Notes: generated by a model from the sequence alone, not told the origin. A DNA stretch of 64,000 nt from Tubulanus polymorphus (GCF_964204645.1 NC_134030.1:541355-605354), one strand, 5' to 3'; counted from the stretch's first letter, positions 11,489 to 24,167 are shown. A program made the numbers and translations.

Positions 11489-13957
11489 ATTTTCAGCAAA
11501 CTGTCAAATATATCTGCTGTCGTCCCGATGTTGAGATTGTTGATCGGTTCCAACTCTCGAATTAAGCGTGGGCGACTCCGACTTTTTCAGGTCGACTCCG
11601 AGTTTTTGTTGTTCTTTAAAAAATTCTCATCATAATAAAATAATGCGACCAAAAGCCGCCGGAACCGGAAACGCGTGGGTGACGCGATAATAATTCAGCA
11701 ACAATCGTTCGATCGTGACGTTTGGTTTATCCATCCGCGTGACGTCATTTTTACGATTGACATTGTTGAAAAAGCGTTACGTTCACGACGACGTTTCGCA
11801 AATTATACTTCCGGTTATGTTAACATCCGATTAACGTCCGATCCGGAGACGTCCTTACGTTAACGACGTCATAACGTAAGTGTTCGATACGTTATTCGAC
11901 GTTGTTAAACGTGACTTACGCGTGTTTGTTTACGTTAAACACCCGAACACAACAATGCGAACCGTTATCATTTCAAATTGAACTCGTAAAACGATTATTT
12001 CAGAATCGCGACTCGTGATTGGTTATTTGATTACTTCCGGTTGTCAATTGGCTCCTAATTTTCGCACCTTGTGTTCGATGAAATCCTCGATTGCCAATAA
12101 TGAAAATAAAATTGTCGCTTTCAGATAGATTAATGGTCCCGTAAACTGTGTATGATATGAATATAATTACCGGGGTGTTTGTTGAATTAACGGGATTCGA
12201 ACCCAAATCGTCTCGCGTGTTGCCGTGTCTGTTTCGAGATTAACCCAATTATATCAGCATTGTGTCGTCGTCGTGTGTCGACTTAATTGAAGTAATCAAA
12301 TGAAAACAAGGTGTCAGAGAACAATTCTTTCATGACTGAAAAGAATGTGACTTTATCAGTCTCTGGTTAGATTATCGATATACGATTATCTACTTAAGTC
12401 AAACGATTTTCGACGTAAGCCAAACGTTGCGAAAAATTAGTTTATTAAGTCGAATATCAGACGCCAATACAAACTGTAGAACTGGTCCCGGGGTTGGTTG
12501 CAGTTCCGAAAATTCCATTTCAATAACTGTTTTAGTAAAATCTGAACTCGGGCTCACAACTAGGTTATGAGGTATGGAACTGGGCCCTGAACATCTAAAT
12601 CGCAGTATTTCGATGATAAAGTATTTCTAATAGAATTCAGTGATGGGAGGTGTTTGTGGTATGGTGGCGCATTTGTAACAGATGGCCTCGCGTGTACGCG
12701 CCAGTTTAAATGCTTAAAAACTAAAATCCCTGAAGCTTAGGCTAAAAATCTGCGCCATCCCCCTCTCTCTCTCCCCCCCTCTCTCTCTCTATCTCCCTCC
12801 CTCCCTCCCTCTCCCTCCCTCCCTCCCTCCCTCCCTCCCTCCCTCCCTCTCACTCTCTCTCTCTGTCTCTTAATTCCTCGTGGTCGAGTCTTCAGATTCC
12901 CCGGAGGGTAATAATAAAACACGGAATGATAGTGATCGTAGTCCGTCTGACCGGGCGCGTAACCGGGCGTGAAATCGGACTCAGTAACTGAACGGTTCTA
13001 ACGTAGACTATCAGTAGGTCGGATCGGTTTGAGGCTTCAGTCCGTATTTTACGGTTCACTAGTCATTTAGAAATCTATCCTATTTCGGATTGATATTCGA
13101 TATCGTTGAGATCTCAAACCGAGATAAAACTATCAAAACCGGGGCTCGTTCAAAACCTTCTTTTTGTGTCGTTTGAGAATTTTCATTATTCGGGAAATTC
13201 TTCCCGTCGGCAAGTTTTATTTGTAGCTGTGATATTTGATAATTTTTTTTTGTTTGAGGGGGGGGGGGGTGAGAGGAGGGAGAGTGGGGAGTGGGGGGGG
13301 GGGATGAAATCAAACCCGGTTCATATATACGCCAAAGATATAAAATTGTTTGAAGGGGGGGGGGGTGTAAAGAGCCATCGGGATGAAATAACGGAAGCAA
13401 GACTTTTTATCTTGCCTCCATTATTTTAACCCGTTATAGAATCCAAGATATAGAATTGAAATAAAGGAAAATATAATCGTACGTGGTAATCCTATGTGGT
13501 TTATTTTATTATTTATACGTTGAACCCGATGAGACTATTATCGAAATACATTAGCTATTATTGTGGTTTTATGGACAAACATTGTTAGATAAAATATAAA
13601 CCAAAACGGTTATTGGTTCACGTAAGTTAATCTAGAGATTATCCGTCACTATATGGGGGATTATTGGATTATCTCGTATTATTGTGAATTGTGTTAATTG
13701 TTGACGCTGTTACTGCTGATACAGCGCCGCTATCAGACGTTAAATAACGCCACTCACGCAGACACGACGAGTTGAGATCGCGACAAGCGATCAGATTGTG
13801 TGGCGGCGGAGACTGCTCTGTCGTGTACTGTGTACACTGTGCGGTGGTGATGAATCTCTGCGGGGGGTTAATTGAATCTCTATCATGTAGTGAGGAGAGG
13901 AGTCTTTCTGTCAGTTGATTCTAGCTCCTTCTGAGTCTGAGCTACTGGAGAGTACTG

Positions 13958-14460
13958 TCTCCTCTCTCCTCTCTCCTCTCTCCTCTCCGCTCCTTTCCTC
14001 CTTCCTCTCCTCTCTCCTCTTGTCCTCTCCTCTCTCCTCTCCTTCCTCTCCTCTCTCCTCTCTCTCTCTCTCCTCTCTCCTCTCTCCTCTCTCCTCTCTC
14101 CTCTCTCCTCTCCTTCCTCTCCTCTCTCCTCTCTCCTCTCTCCTCTCTCCTCTCTCCTCTCCTCTCTCCTCTCCTTTCCTTCCTTCCTCTCCTCTCCTCT
14201 CCTCCCGTCCTCTCCTCTCTTCTCCTTTCTTCCTTCCTCTCCTCTCCTTCTTCCCCTCTCCTCTCCTCTCCTTTCCTCCTTCCTCTTCTCTATTATCTCC
14301 TATCCTTCTTCTCCTCTTCTATCCTCTCCTCTCTCTCCTCTCTCCTCTCTCCTCTCTCCTCTCTCTCCCCTCTCCTCTCTCCTCTCTCTCTCTCTCCTCT
14401 CTCGTTTAGTCCCTCCTCTCCTTCCTCCTTCCTCTCCTCTCCTCTCTCCTCTATCCTCTA
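13958..14460. repeat. Polypyrimidine (CT/CCTCT) low-complexity tract
   Basis: ~500 bp almost exclusively C/T on the + strand. Confidence 0.95.
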
Positions 14461-15729
14461 ATTACTGCGGCATTGTTCTCGATCTCGCATTGATTTCAGC
14501 ATCAAACGATTTTTGTTCTATCGCTGTTAATTGCCGCAACAGCGAAACTGCAGTTCTTTATCCGTTCCCGATAAGCGATATCACATCCTCACTAACCCCG
14601 GGCCAGTTCCGCTCTGTCTCTGTCTCTTTGTTACTGTGATCCACGCGCCGTAAACTTTCGATTGTTGACGGTTCGAATCCCGATTAATTGACACTATTGT
14701 AACGTGGTGTCCCTGGTTACAGACAATGTCTATTGATAATCACTTTGGTTTAAAATGAAGAAATCTTTAAACACGTACAGTCGTCTGGCAAATTCGTGAT
14801 CTATGTATGATCAATTTAATCAACTTTAAAAAACCAGTCTAATGAATTGTTTTTTTTTGTCTAATCGTGAACGTACAGACCATATAGTAGTAGTTTTACT
14901 GAATCTATCGAATTCTCACTCAGTTTATCATTTATTGATATATCACGCATTAAATGTGATGATATTTCAGCACATCAATTATTGATACATCAAATATCTA
15001 AATTTGATATGATAATTCAGTATATAATATATTGCTCTATTCAGTATATCATTATTGCTATATCAAGTATTTGAGTATTTGATATGACATCTCGATCAGT
15101 ATATTGATATATCAAGTGTTTTAAGGTGATATGATAATTCAGTATATCGTTTATTGCTATATCAAGTAATAATTTGATACGATATCTCAAATACTAATGA
15201 TATTGTATACATATTTATGTTCGCATCAGCGATTTATGAAAACTATATTTATGGGTATAAATCCAGGACAAACAATCAGCCGTAAATAATCGTCATTAAC
15301 AGATAATAGTTACTGATTACTAACATAACGTTAATTACAGTCGATTGTTGCAGTCAGCGGTAACCAGCGGTAACGCTTCGTCCAGCCTCATCCGGTGTAA
15401 AACCGCGCGCGCACCGCGGTTACATTCATCGATATTCATCGATTTCACAAAAGCGTTTGACTCGATTCTCCGGTTAACTTCCGCCTCCACCCGATAAATC
15501 AATATCAATCTCACCCCGTACAGAAAGCAGTATTGACGGGTCGGGAAATAAGTAAAAGAAATCAGTTCTATAACCAGTCGAACAATTTAAGTCATTAGAC
15601 TTAAGACCAGTCTAACAACTTAAGACCAGTCTTCAGATTTAAGACCATTAGATTTAAGTCTCGCTTATGGAACTGGTGCCGGGTCACAAGAAATTGTTGT
15701 TATTCAGTAATCATTCACTATTGGCATGT

Positions 15730-15912
15730 GAGGTCGTGGTAACGTCTCGGTAAGCTCTGGTGAGGTTTCATTGAGGTCTCGAGAGGTCTCGGTAACGTCT
15801 CGTGAGGTCTCGGTAAAGCTCTCGTGAGGTCTTGGTGAGGTCTCGTGAGGTCTCGGTAAGTTCTCGGTAAGACCTCGATGAGGTCTGGCGGGTAAGGTCT
15901 CGTGCGAGGTCT
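15730..15912. repeat. Degenerate ~10/20-bp repeat (ctcgtgaggtctcggtaa)
   Basis: Recurring gaggtctc / ctcggtaa units. Confidence 0.75.
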
Positions 15913-16391
15913 GTAAAGTTAACTCGATTACGATATTTCTTGCGCAGTATAAGATGTATGAGTTTCACTGTGTCTGTCTGTCTGTGCTGCACGGTTAATT
16001 TACTCGAGGTTTTCTTGACGTTATAAGCGGAATAAATGATCGGGTATTAATCATTATTAGATGACTGGATAATTGGTAGAATTATCCGCGCACATTAAAA
16101 CTGTTTCGAGCCGCGCGCGGGCTCAGTGTACCGACACAGAGAGAGTTATAGCTGCCGTCTGCTAGTGGTGCTGGCTCCTGTCTCTCTTCTCTCCTTCTCT
16201 CCTTCAGTCTCTTTCTCTCTCCCCTCCTCTCCCCCTCTCTCTCTCTCTCTACCTCTCCTTCTCCCTCTAGTCTTCCCCCTTTAATTCGGTAATCAATGAA
16301 CGTGGTTAAACCTGTGATTAAAGTAGGTAAAAAACAACGCAATTAGAAGGTAGAGTCCAGAGTTATATATAGGTCAGAGAAAAAAAGTAGA

Positions 16392-16463
16392 AGGTTCTAC
16401 CGAGACTCGAACTCGGATCGCTGGATTCAGAGTCCAGAGTGCTAACCATTACACCATAGAACC
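16392..16463 (-). tRNA. trnQ-CUG: tRNA-Gln (anticodon CTG)
   Basis: Reverse complement GGTTCTATGGTGTAATGGTTAGCACTCTGGACTCTGAATCCAGCGATCCGAGTTCGAGTCTCGGTAGAACCT, 72 nt, full cloverleaf, A and B boxes, followed by an oligo-T Pol III terminator. Confidence 0.97.
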
Positions 16464-17004
16464 GATGCATGCCAGCCGAGCAATAATACCCATTGTATAC
16501 AGCGACCCGCTGTGCGAAAGGGGTCATCTCTAATCACTACACATAACTATCTCCTTTCAGATATATATTTGACAATAGATTAGGCATTCGTCGTAGAATT
16601 TAATTTTGCGTTTTTCACGGACAGATCCAGGATGTTTAATATATATTCAGTTAGCGGGTTCACACGGGTTTTCCAATGGCTGTTGGTTTTTTAGAGACGC
16701 GCGTCCGCAGGTATCGAGGGTCCGGGGCCTATCTGAAGGACCTATTGCTAGGCTTTTATATACAATAAGTACATTTTATTTGATTTGTTACCCTCTTGTT
16801 CTGGAAAGGAAGATCCTTCAAATATTTCCGGATGCTTTTAGGGGATTGGGGCCGAAACAATGGATGCGCTGGGGACACCCCGGGCAATGTCCTCCCTGGA
16901 TCCACCCCTGCTTGTACGCAATACCGGTCCACACAGCATCCAGTTCCACAGTTTGCGGTCCTGAACTGTGGAACTGGTTCATCTGACGCCGTTAAACGTC
17001 CCCG

Positions 17005-17140
17005 CAGGGCCCAGTTTCACAAAAAAATTTATCTCAAATTTTTGGTGTAATTGCCATTGGTTACGTCATGTTTTCGATCAGGACAACAATTCAAACTTTA
17101 ACCGCTTTAGGCTTAAACTTTTTCAGGAAACTGGGCCCTG
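17005..17140. mobile_element. MITE, PIF/Harbinger-like (~130 bp)
   Basis: cag-GGCCCAGTTTC ... GAAACTGGGCC-ctg terminal inverted repeats; a homologous copy in reverse orientation lies at 21132-21266. Confidence 0.8.
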
Positions 17141-18347
17141 CTGTTCCACTTTGTTCAAGTCCAGAAACATTTCAAACAATGAAGTTGTTGCGGCGAAAAA
17201 AATGAAATTAAAATTTTGTCTCGGTTTCTGAAGTGGAATTTGAAGGATTCTTCAGAGCGAGAGAGAGGGAGAGAGAGAGAGCGAGAGAGAGGGAGAGGGG
17301 AAGAACTCGATCGGCTTAACGCATGAATACTCGTCTCCTCAGAAGATGCGAACAGTCACAAGCCGATGTATTCATCCGCAACGACGTCGTTCGGTAACAG
17401 AGAAGACGAAACCGGAAGTCTCTACGCATCATTTAGGATCGCTACACAATTCTGCTCACGACGACTCGATATTTGAATGTAAAACGGCCGTGATTGTTAA
17501 GATGATCGTCTGCCGCCTCTCGATCGCGTGGTTTTACGTATAACACGCCATTTTATCCAGGCTTAAATAACGCTTAATCGTTTCTATTACCGTCGATTAT
17601 CTTCAATTCCGGGTGTAATTTGGTCGGTTAACAATCGCGGCGGTTTCGAGTGGGTTTTTTGTTCCAGTTGGGGAAACACGACCGTAGAGACAAGAGAGAG
17701 AGAGGGAGAGAGAGAGGAGGAGAGGAGGAGAGAGGAAGAGGGGAGAGAGGATGGAAGAGTTACTCAGTGTTTATTATCAAAGACGTTAGCGAGTATTTTA
17801 CATTGTTGCGGCGTGAATTAGCTGATATTTTGTCCTTGTCACTAAACGCGTTTCTCGCACTTAATGCGTCACGTTACGCGGACCTATTGTTATTAGATTG
17901 TGGTTGATTCTATTTTATAACGGACTGATAAACTGTCTACTGTGTTTCCCCGAGGGCTGATGCTGTGTAGAGATTGGGCTAATTTTTCACTTGATTCTCA
18001 GCCGCGCTGAAAACGAAACTAAGTCAAACAAGGTTGCAATCTAAGTCCAATGATGTTCTGAAATTTTGTCTCGTAAAATTAGGAAAGATGCCAAATGCCG
18101 TCTATGGTCCCGGCTTAAATCGAAGACTGGTTTTAACTTAGCTATCATAACAAGAACTAAGTCGTGATGGAAGCTATTTGAGCTTAAACGGGTGTCATAT
18201 TGTAAGATTGGTTATAGAACCAAAATTATCTTAGACTTGTCTTAAGTTGTTAGATTGGTTATAGAACCAAAACGAGCTTAAACTGGTCTAGGTTTTGAAT
18301 TAGGAGACACTGAATATGTTTCGACTGGTCTCGGCTGGTTTCGACTG

Positions 18348-18428
18348 GCTGCTGCTGCTGCTGCTGCTGCCGCTGCCGCTGCCGCTGCCGCTGCCGCCGC
18401 CGCCGCCGCCGCCGCCGCCGCTGCTGCT
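18348..18428. repeat. (GCT)n/(GCC)n compound trinucleotide repeat
   Basis: About 27 GCY triplets. Confidence 0.9.
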
Positions 18429-19394
18429 GGTGGGCCTCGCGATTTCTAATGAATGTTTCGAATGACGATGACAGAAGAAACTCGTGAACGGATGGTGTTG
18501 AGTTGTTGATCGGGTGTTGAATGTTGTCGGGTTGGTGTCAACTTCGCGAAAATCTCGGTTCGGTGTCAAATCTCGCGAGAATCACGCGTATGTCCCGATC
18601 GTGAAAATTACCTATAATTATCGGCTAATTTTAGTTTCAACACATCGAACTCACACCGGCTTAAATCTCACAACTTTGTGTCACACTCAATTTTACACCG
18701 AGCAAGTTCCAACTTGAAGTAATCAGACTGAATTCTGTTTAAAGCCCCCTTGTCTATCTACATTTATCAGTCAAATTCTCCGCAACAAACACGCCTTGTC
18801 ATAAATTTATTGATATTGAATCTGTTTAAATTTTCTTCTATGACATCACCAACGTCGCTGCATCACGATGTGATGTACAAGGGACCTCCATTTATCGCGG
18901 TCTACAGTAAGTTCCTCAAGGAAAGTTAATGTTTCGCTTGGTGTCAATTTAAGAGTTTAAGTTTAAGACAGCTTAACGATTTAAGTGTCCATGGTTACAT
19001 AATCTTCCTGTTACATTATTGATTTTCCTTTAAGCTTCTGTTATGTGAATGATATACGTATCTGTTAAAAACTAGAGAAAAATGTTATACATTTTTGAAA
19101 TCGAATAAATTCAAGAAAATATGGACGCCAAAACACGTGATTTATCTGTTTGTATAGAGGGCGTGGTTTCGTCTATTTCCGCTTGCTGTTGATCGCTCCC
19201 TCTGATGCCGAATCCGATCAAAGTCTATGTTTCTTCGGTTTTGAAAACTGATCTTCAATGTTTCAATGTCTAAAGGAATGATTCGTAAGATACAATTTGA
19301 TAAATGAGATTTGAATATATTGTTTTGATTTGTTGGTGCAACCAACACCAGACGGCGCCCTGTTCATAAAACCAACACCAGACGGCGCTCGGGT

Positions 19395-20627
19395 TCATAA
19401 ACCCGATCGGCGCCCGCGATGAAAGGATTTACTTAGATCTGATTTCTTTTTACAACAAAAACAATGAGTAAATAGTTTAATAAATTCTTTCCGGAAAACT
19501 TTCAATGTTCCGATGTAAATAAAGAAATTCACGCAGAACACAAATTGTCGAAACGTGTCGAATACATAATTTAACAGATGCCATAATTTTCCCGTGTAGA
19601 AATCTAATAGTGTTCTTGAGTTTATTCGTATTCCGTGATTTACTAACAAAAAATACCTAATGATGGTCATGGTTTCCAGCATAAATTTACAAAACGCTTG
19701 CGGTAGAACTAGTAAAATATACACAATAACTACAACAAGAAGAGTTTTACTGGCTGAAGATTGATGACGATCTGTTCTCTTCACTCTCAGCTCAGATCTC
19801 TTATTGCGTAATGCAGCAGTTAACACTGATAATATTACAATCATTAAAGATGGAAATATATCTTGTAAAAATGGTTTTACAGCTTGGATGACGTTATTTG
19901 ACCACTTATTTAGATAAAATATTGAACTTGAACACGTAAATCTATCAAATGTTTCGTTGTATCTGAGAATTTTAGAGAAACTAACTCGAGAAAACCTGAT
20001 CGCTGAATTCAAGTTCATAAGATACGCCCAGAAGATGATAAAAACTACTACAATTTTACGGCGAGTGACGGTGAAATGTTTCATGTGAAAGAAAGGAAAA
20101 CGAATAGAAACAAATCTCTCGATAGCGATCACTATAACTGTGTAGTTTGATACAGATATTGCCTGGTCGTAAAATAGGTTCCAAAATATACACGCAGGAA
20201 ACAATCGTCTGGGCAGATAATAGAAATAGTAATAGAAATAGTAAAGTGATGGACATAGTTTACTGTGTTTAGCGAATGTCAGATACGCACCGCGACATTC
20301 TCTATAAAATCCTAGATGCCACGTAAAAAGATCTTTCAGATACCGTGGAAACTTTTCCAACTCAAACAAGACGACAAGTTGATCTGAAAACGCGAGAGTT
20401 ATGAGATAGGGGAACGTGTAACGAACTGACTGATAACTGCGACACTTTATCAGTAGAATTATTGTCAGAAAGTTAAACACACTTCCCGGCGGAAACAAGA
20501 ACACATATCTGAATGTTCTGCCATAGTTGTAAAAAAAGTTTATAAAATTCCTGAAAGCTAGAATAGATTCCGGTAGCTTCACAGGAGGTCTACGAGTTGT
20601 AGTGGTGATAGTAGTAAAATTATCCAT
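19395..20627 (-). CDS. Intronless rhodopsin-class (class A) GPCR, FMRFamide/sex-peptide-receptor-like orphan, ~410 aa
   Basis: Seven hydrophobic segments; YLITLAFSD (TM2), IAIERFVSIRFP (DRY equivalent), LLVLPQ (TM6), VNFFIY (NPxxY equivalent), FRKEF helix 8 and a CFCC palmitoylation-type motif. First ATG (MDNFTT, with an N-glycan site) is at 20627; the ORF-track start is a TTG. Confidence 0.9.
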   Translation of the reverse strand: MDNFTTITTTTRRPPVKLPESILAFRNFINFFYNYGRTFRYVFLFPPGSVFNFLTIILLIKCRSYQSVRYTFPYLITLAFSDQLVVLFELEKFPRYLKDLFTWHLGFYRECRGAYLTFAKHSKLCPSLYYFYYYFYYLPRRLFPACIFWNLFYDQAISVSNYTVIVIAIERFVSIRFPFFHMKHFTVTRRKIVVVFIIFWAYLMNLNSAIRFSRVSFSKILRYNETFDRFTCSSSIFYLNKWSNNVIQAVKPFLQDIFPSLMIVILSVLTAALRNKRSELRVKRTDRHQSSASKTLLVVVIVYILLVLPQAFCKFMLETMTIIRYFLLVNHGIRINSRTLLDFYTGKLWHLLNYVFDTFRQFVFCVNFFIYIGTLKVFRKEFIKLFTHCFCCKKKSDLSKSFHRGRRSGL

Positions 20628-20909
20628 GACAAGAACAGAACAGTTTGATGCGACAATCTGTGTGTAGTCAGCGACTTCCCTCAAATTATAGGTTCAGCGG
20701 TACCACGATTTCAAAATACTTCCATCAAACTCCTGCTACAGAACACACTATAATCATCTAAACATTCACAAGTCACGCTGTGTTGCAGCTAAAATTGTTA
20801 CAGTTTCATATGAAAATTCAAATACATTTCTTCACTTTATATTTCGAGGTGAAAGATAGATGAACTCTGAAACTATGAAAGGTTGAAAAAAATACCTATT
20901 TCGACAGTA

Positions 20910-21390
20910 CGATAACCTGTTCACTCAAACGCGGTGAACGGATAATAACATTAAAATCCACTATCTATAAATTGAAATAATTTTAAAATCGAGAATTTAT
21001 TCATTCAAAAATATATCATCGTCAGATGTGAGATATAAAAACAAGGGGTATATATACAAAGGAGAACTAGATTTAGGTAAGTGAGTAAGTAATTAGTGTT
21101 TGGCACACCTGACCCTAGAAATCATCGTCACCAGGGCCCAGTTTCACGAAAAAGTGTAAGCCTAAAACAGTTAAGTTTGAATTGTTGTCCTCATTGAAAA
21201 CATGAAGTAACCAATGGCAAATAATCAAAAAATTTGAGTTAAACTTTTTCGTGAAACTGGCCCCTGACGATGATTTCTAGGGTCAGATCGAAATATCGTG
21301 TATTTTATATATTTTAGATTTTTTTGAATAAATGAATTCTCGATTTTAAAATTCTTTCAATTCGTACGATAGTGGGTTTTTATCGTAATT
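20910..21390. mobile_element. Fold-back element (family B, hammerhead-bearing) interrupted by a MITE
   Basis: Arms 20952-21010 and ~21323-21382 are reverse complements and resemble the 23922-24167 element; CTGACGA...GAAA core at 21264-21300. Confidence 0.7.
21132..21266. mobile_element. MITE, PIF/Harbinger-like, nested in the fold-back element
   Basis: cag-GGCCCAGTTTCACGAAAAAG ... CTTTTTCGTGAAACTGGCCC-ctg; interior is the reverse complement of the 17005 element. Confidence 0.82.
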
Positions 21391-21609
21391 TCAATAATCT
21401 CTAGTTAACCTTCACACACAGTATTCTGTCTGTCTGTAACCTCGTAAGAAAAGACGTCGATGAAACTCAAAACGAGAAGGCGCCGGCGATAAACCGACGG
21501 AATAATGTGGATCTAGAATTCTTTGTGTTTCTTATAATTGTCTCAGTAATACCGCGTGACTTGTCGACGTCTAAAAGGCAAACTGTTTTACTGAACGGAT
21601 CAGTCACTG

Positions 21610-22317
21610 CTCCTCCTCCCCCTCTCTCCCTCTCTCTCTCCCCCTCTCTCCCTCTCTCTCTCTCCCCCTCTCTCTCTTCTTTCTCTCTCTCTCCTCTCTC
21701 CTCTCTCTCTCCTCTCTCCCTCTCTCCCTCTCTCCCTCTCTCCCTCTCTCCCTCTCTCCCTCTCTCCCTCTCCCCCTCTCTCTCTTCTTTCTCTCTCTCC
21801 TCTCTCCTCTCTCTCTCCTCTCTCCCTCTCTCCCTCTCTCCCTCTCTCCCTCTCCCCCTCTCTCTCTTCTTTCTCCTCTCTCCTCTCTCCTCTCTCTCTC
21901 CTCTCTCTCCTCTTTCTCTCTCTCTCTCTCTCCCCCTCTCTCCCTCTCTCTCCCTCTCTCTCCCTCTCTCTCCCTCTCTCTCTTCTTTCTCTCTCTCCTC
22001 TCTCCTCTCTCTCTCCTCTCTCTCCTCTTTCTCTCTCTCTCTCTCTCCCCCTCTCTCTCTCTTCTCTCTCTCTCTCCTCTCTCCTCTCTCTCCTCTCCTC
22101 TCTCTCTTCTCTCTTCTCTCTCCTTTCTCTCTCCTCTCTCTCTCCTCTCTCCCCCTCTCTCCCTCTCTCTCTCCCCCTCTCTCTCTCTTCTCTCTCTCTC
22201 TCCTCTCTCCTCTCTCTCCTCTCTCCTCTCTCTCCTCTCCTCTCTCTCTTCTCTCTTCTCTCTCCTTTCTCTCTCCTCTCTCTCTCCTCTCTCTCCTCTT
22301 TCTCTCTCTCTCTCCCC

Positions 22318-22354
<37 letters not shown>

Positions 22355-22370
22355 CTCCCTCTCTGCTCTC
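21610..22370. repeat. Polypyrimidine (CT)n low-complexity tract
   Basis: ~760 bp essentially pure C/T. Confidence 0.97.
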
Positions 22371-22780
22371 TAGTCCTCGCGCGCAGGAAGTTATTAAATG
22401 TTAATATTCTACTTCCGTGCGTCTTGGAACGGAAGACTGTCGTGTCTGATGTCTTATGTCGCCGTGCCAGAAACGACTTTCATCACGACAGTAAATTACT
22501 GTTATTACTGGCTATTTATGCATCTGAACGCGAGCTGGGAGCGGGAGAACCCCCTCCCATCTCTCTCTCTCTCTCTATCATCTCACCGGTTACAGCTCTG
22601 ATTCCTATATATCTACACCCAGTCAGTGAATCATCGTCGATTCAACTGCGCATGCGCGCGTGTCTTATCTCAAACATAAAAGTTTTTAAGGATTCCCTCC
22701 TATTTGTTTTTGTCCAACCCCCACCTGCATTAAGAGCTGCATAGTAAAAATGGCTAGTGATATCTTCAGTCGAACTTGCA

Positions 22781-23318
22781 AAGTCACCATTTGGTTAAAT
22801 CATCACATTACTGAAGTCATCTCTATTTTTGAGTCAAAATTTGTATTTCTAATTCAATTTACTAAGTGTAAGTCATCATTTGGTTAAATCATCACATTAC
22901 TGAAGTCATCTCTATTTTTGAGTCAAAATTTGTATTTCTAATTCAATTTACTAAGTGTAAGTCATCATTTGGATAAATCGTCACATTACTGAAGTCATCT
23001 CTATTTTTTAGTCTCAATTTGTATTTCTAATTCAATTTATTAAGTGTAAGTCATCATTTGGATAAATCGTCACATTACTGAAGTCATCTCTGTTTTGAGT
23101 CTCAATTTGTATTTCTAATTCAATTTACTAAGTGTAAGTCATCATTTGGATAAGTCGTTACATTACTGAAGTCATCCCTATTTTTTAGTCTCAATTTGTA
23201 TTTCTAATTCAATTTACTAAGTTTAAGTCATCATTTGGTTAAATCATCACATTACTGAAGTCATCTCTATTTTTGAGTCAAAATTTGTATTTCTAATTCA
23301 ATTTACTAAGTGTAAATC
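22781..23318. repeat. 89-bp satellite, array 1 (~6 copies)
   Basis: Unit aagtcatcatttggataagtcgtcacattactgaagtcatctctatttttgagtctcaatttgtatttctaattcaatttactaagtgt. Confidence 0.95.
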
Positions 23319-23921
23319 TAAAGTTGTAAAACCAGTATTTTGTCTAAATGGTTTGCAGATTGTTTGATATCAACCGGAACGGTATAATATCATTGATATG
23401 TCTGACACACACAAACACACGTCCCGGGCTCGAATCTCACCTCGCGCACTCGACCCGAGAGACAGGTCTAATTGAATAATTATATACAGACTGTGAAATG
23501 GTGTTTGTGTTTCAAGCCCCAGGGCATCGTGTTGAGAGCCCTATAGGGCACTCAGTCACTGCTCATTGGTTCTGCGCGGGTTGCCCGGTGCAACCAGACA
23601 GACAGACGGACAGACAGAAGATTCGCTTCAATCGCTTGATTCAATGATTAGCCTTGTCTCACCGACGAGAACCTGTGAATTTAACACTCCTGACCCGGCG
23701 TCCTTCACACCCCGTCCAGTCCGAGCAATTCCCCCCGGACTGAGCTGGTTACCATGGCTCCACGAGAATAAATCCACAACTCGCGATAAAATTCGGACCA
23801 CAAATTTCTAATAACAAAAAGCGGAATTTATTTGTTAAATCATCGGAATAGAAATTGTTTATTAAATAAACAAGTTAATAAAAATTGTCTCTATTCGTGG
23901 ACAAAGGATCAGACAATATAG

Positions 23922-24167
23922 ACGGATAATAAGATAAAATCCCACTATTTACAGATTAAAAGAATTTAAAAACCAGAATTTATTTATTAAATCAAAAATA
24001 AATAAAAGACACGACGTTTCGATCTCACACTAGAGATCATCGTCAGGTGTGTGTCTTTTAAATATTTTTCATTGAATAAATAAATTCCGGTTTTTAAATT
24101 CTTTTAATCCGTCGATAGAGGGATTTTATCTTATTATCCGTTCACCACGTTTGAATGTGGTTATCGT
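23922..24167 (-). mobile_element. Palindromic Penelope-like-element-derived repeat (family B)
   Basis: acggataataagataaaatccc ... gggattttatcttattatccgt arms (~90 bp each) enclosing a hammerhead-type core. Confidence 0.7.
24008..24055 (-). ncRNA. Putative minimal type I hammerhead ribozyme (family B)
   Basis: Minus strand: gacacACAC-CUGACGA-U-GAUCUC(UAGUGU)GAGAUC-GAAA-CG-UC-GUGUC, i.e. conserved core, 6-bp stem II, GUC triplet and stem I. Confidence 0.7.

Noticed and set aside
10118-11553. Series of near-identical 68-86-aa ORFs
   Set aside because: Artefacts of the 109-bp satellite; the unit length is not a multiple of 3 and the frames shift between copies.
13915-14409. 164-aa Leu/Ser/Pro ORF (likewise the 288-aa ORF at 21507-22373)
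   Set aside because: Translation of stop-free CT tracts; no coding signal.
20628-20684. N-terminal extension of the GPCR given by the ORF track (similarly 40931 for Dlx, and 1928 and 56704 as starts)
   Set aside because: These use TTG/GTG starts that are not appropriate for a eukaryotic nuclear gene; the real boundaries are ATG or splice acceptors.
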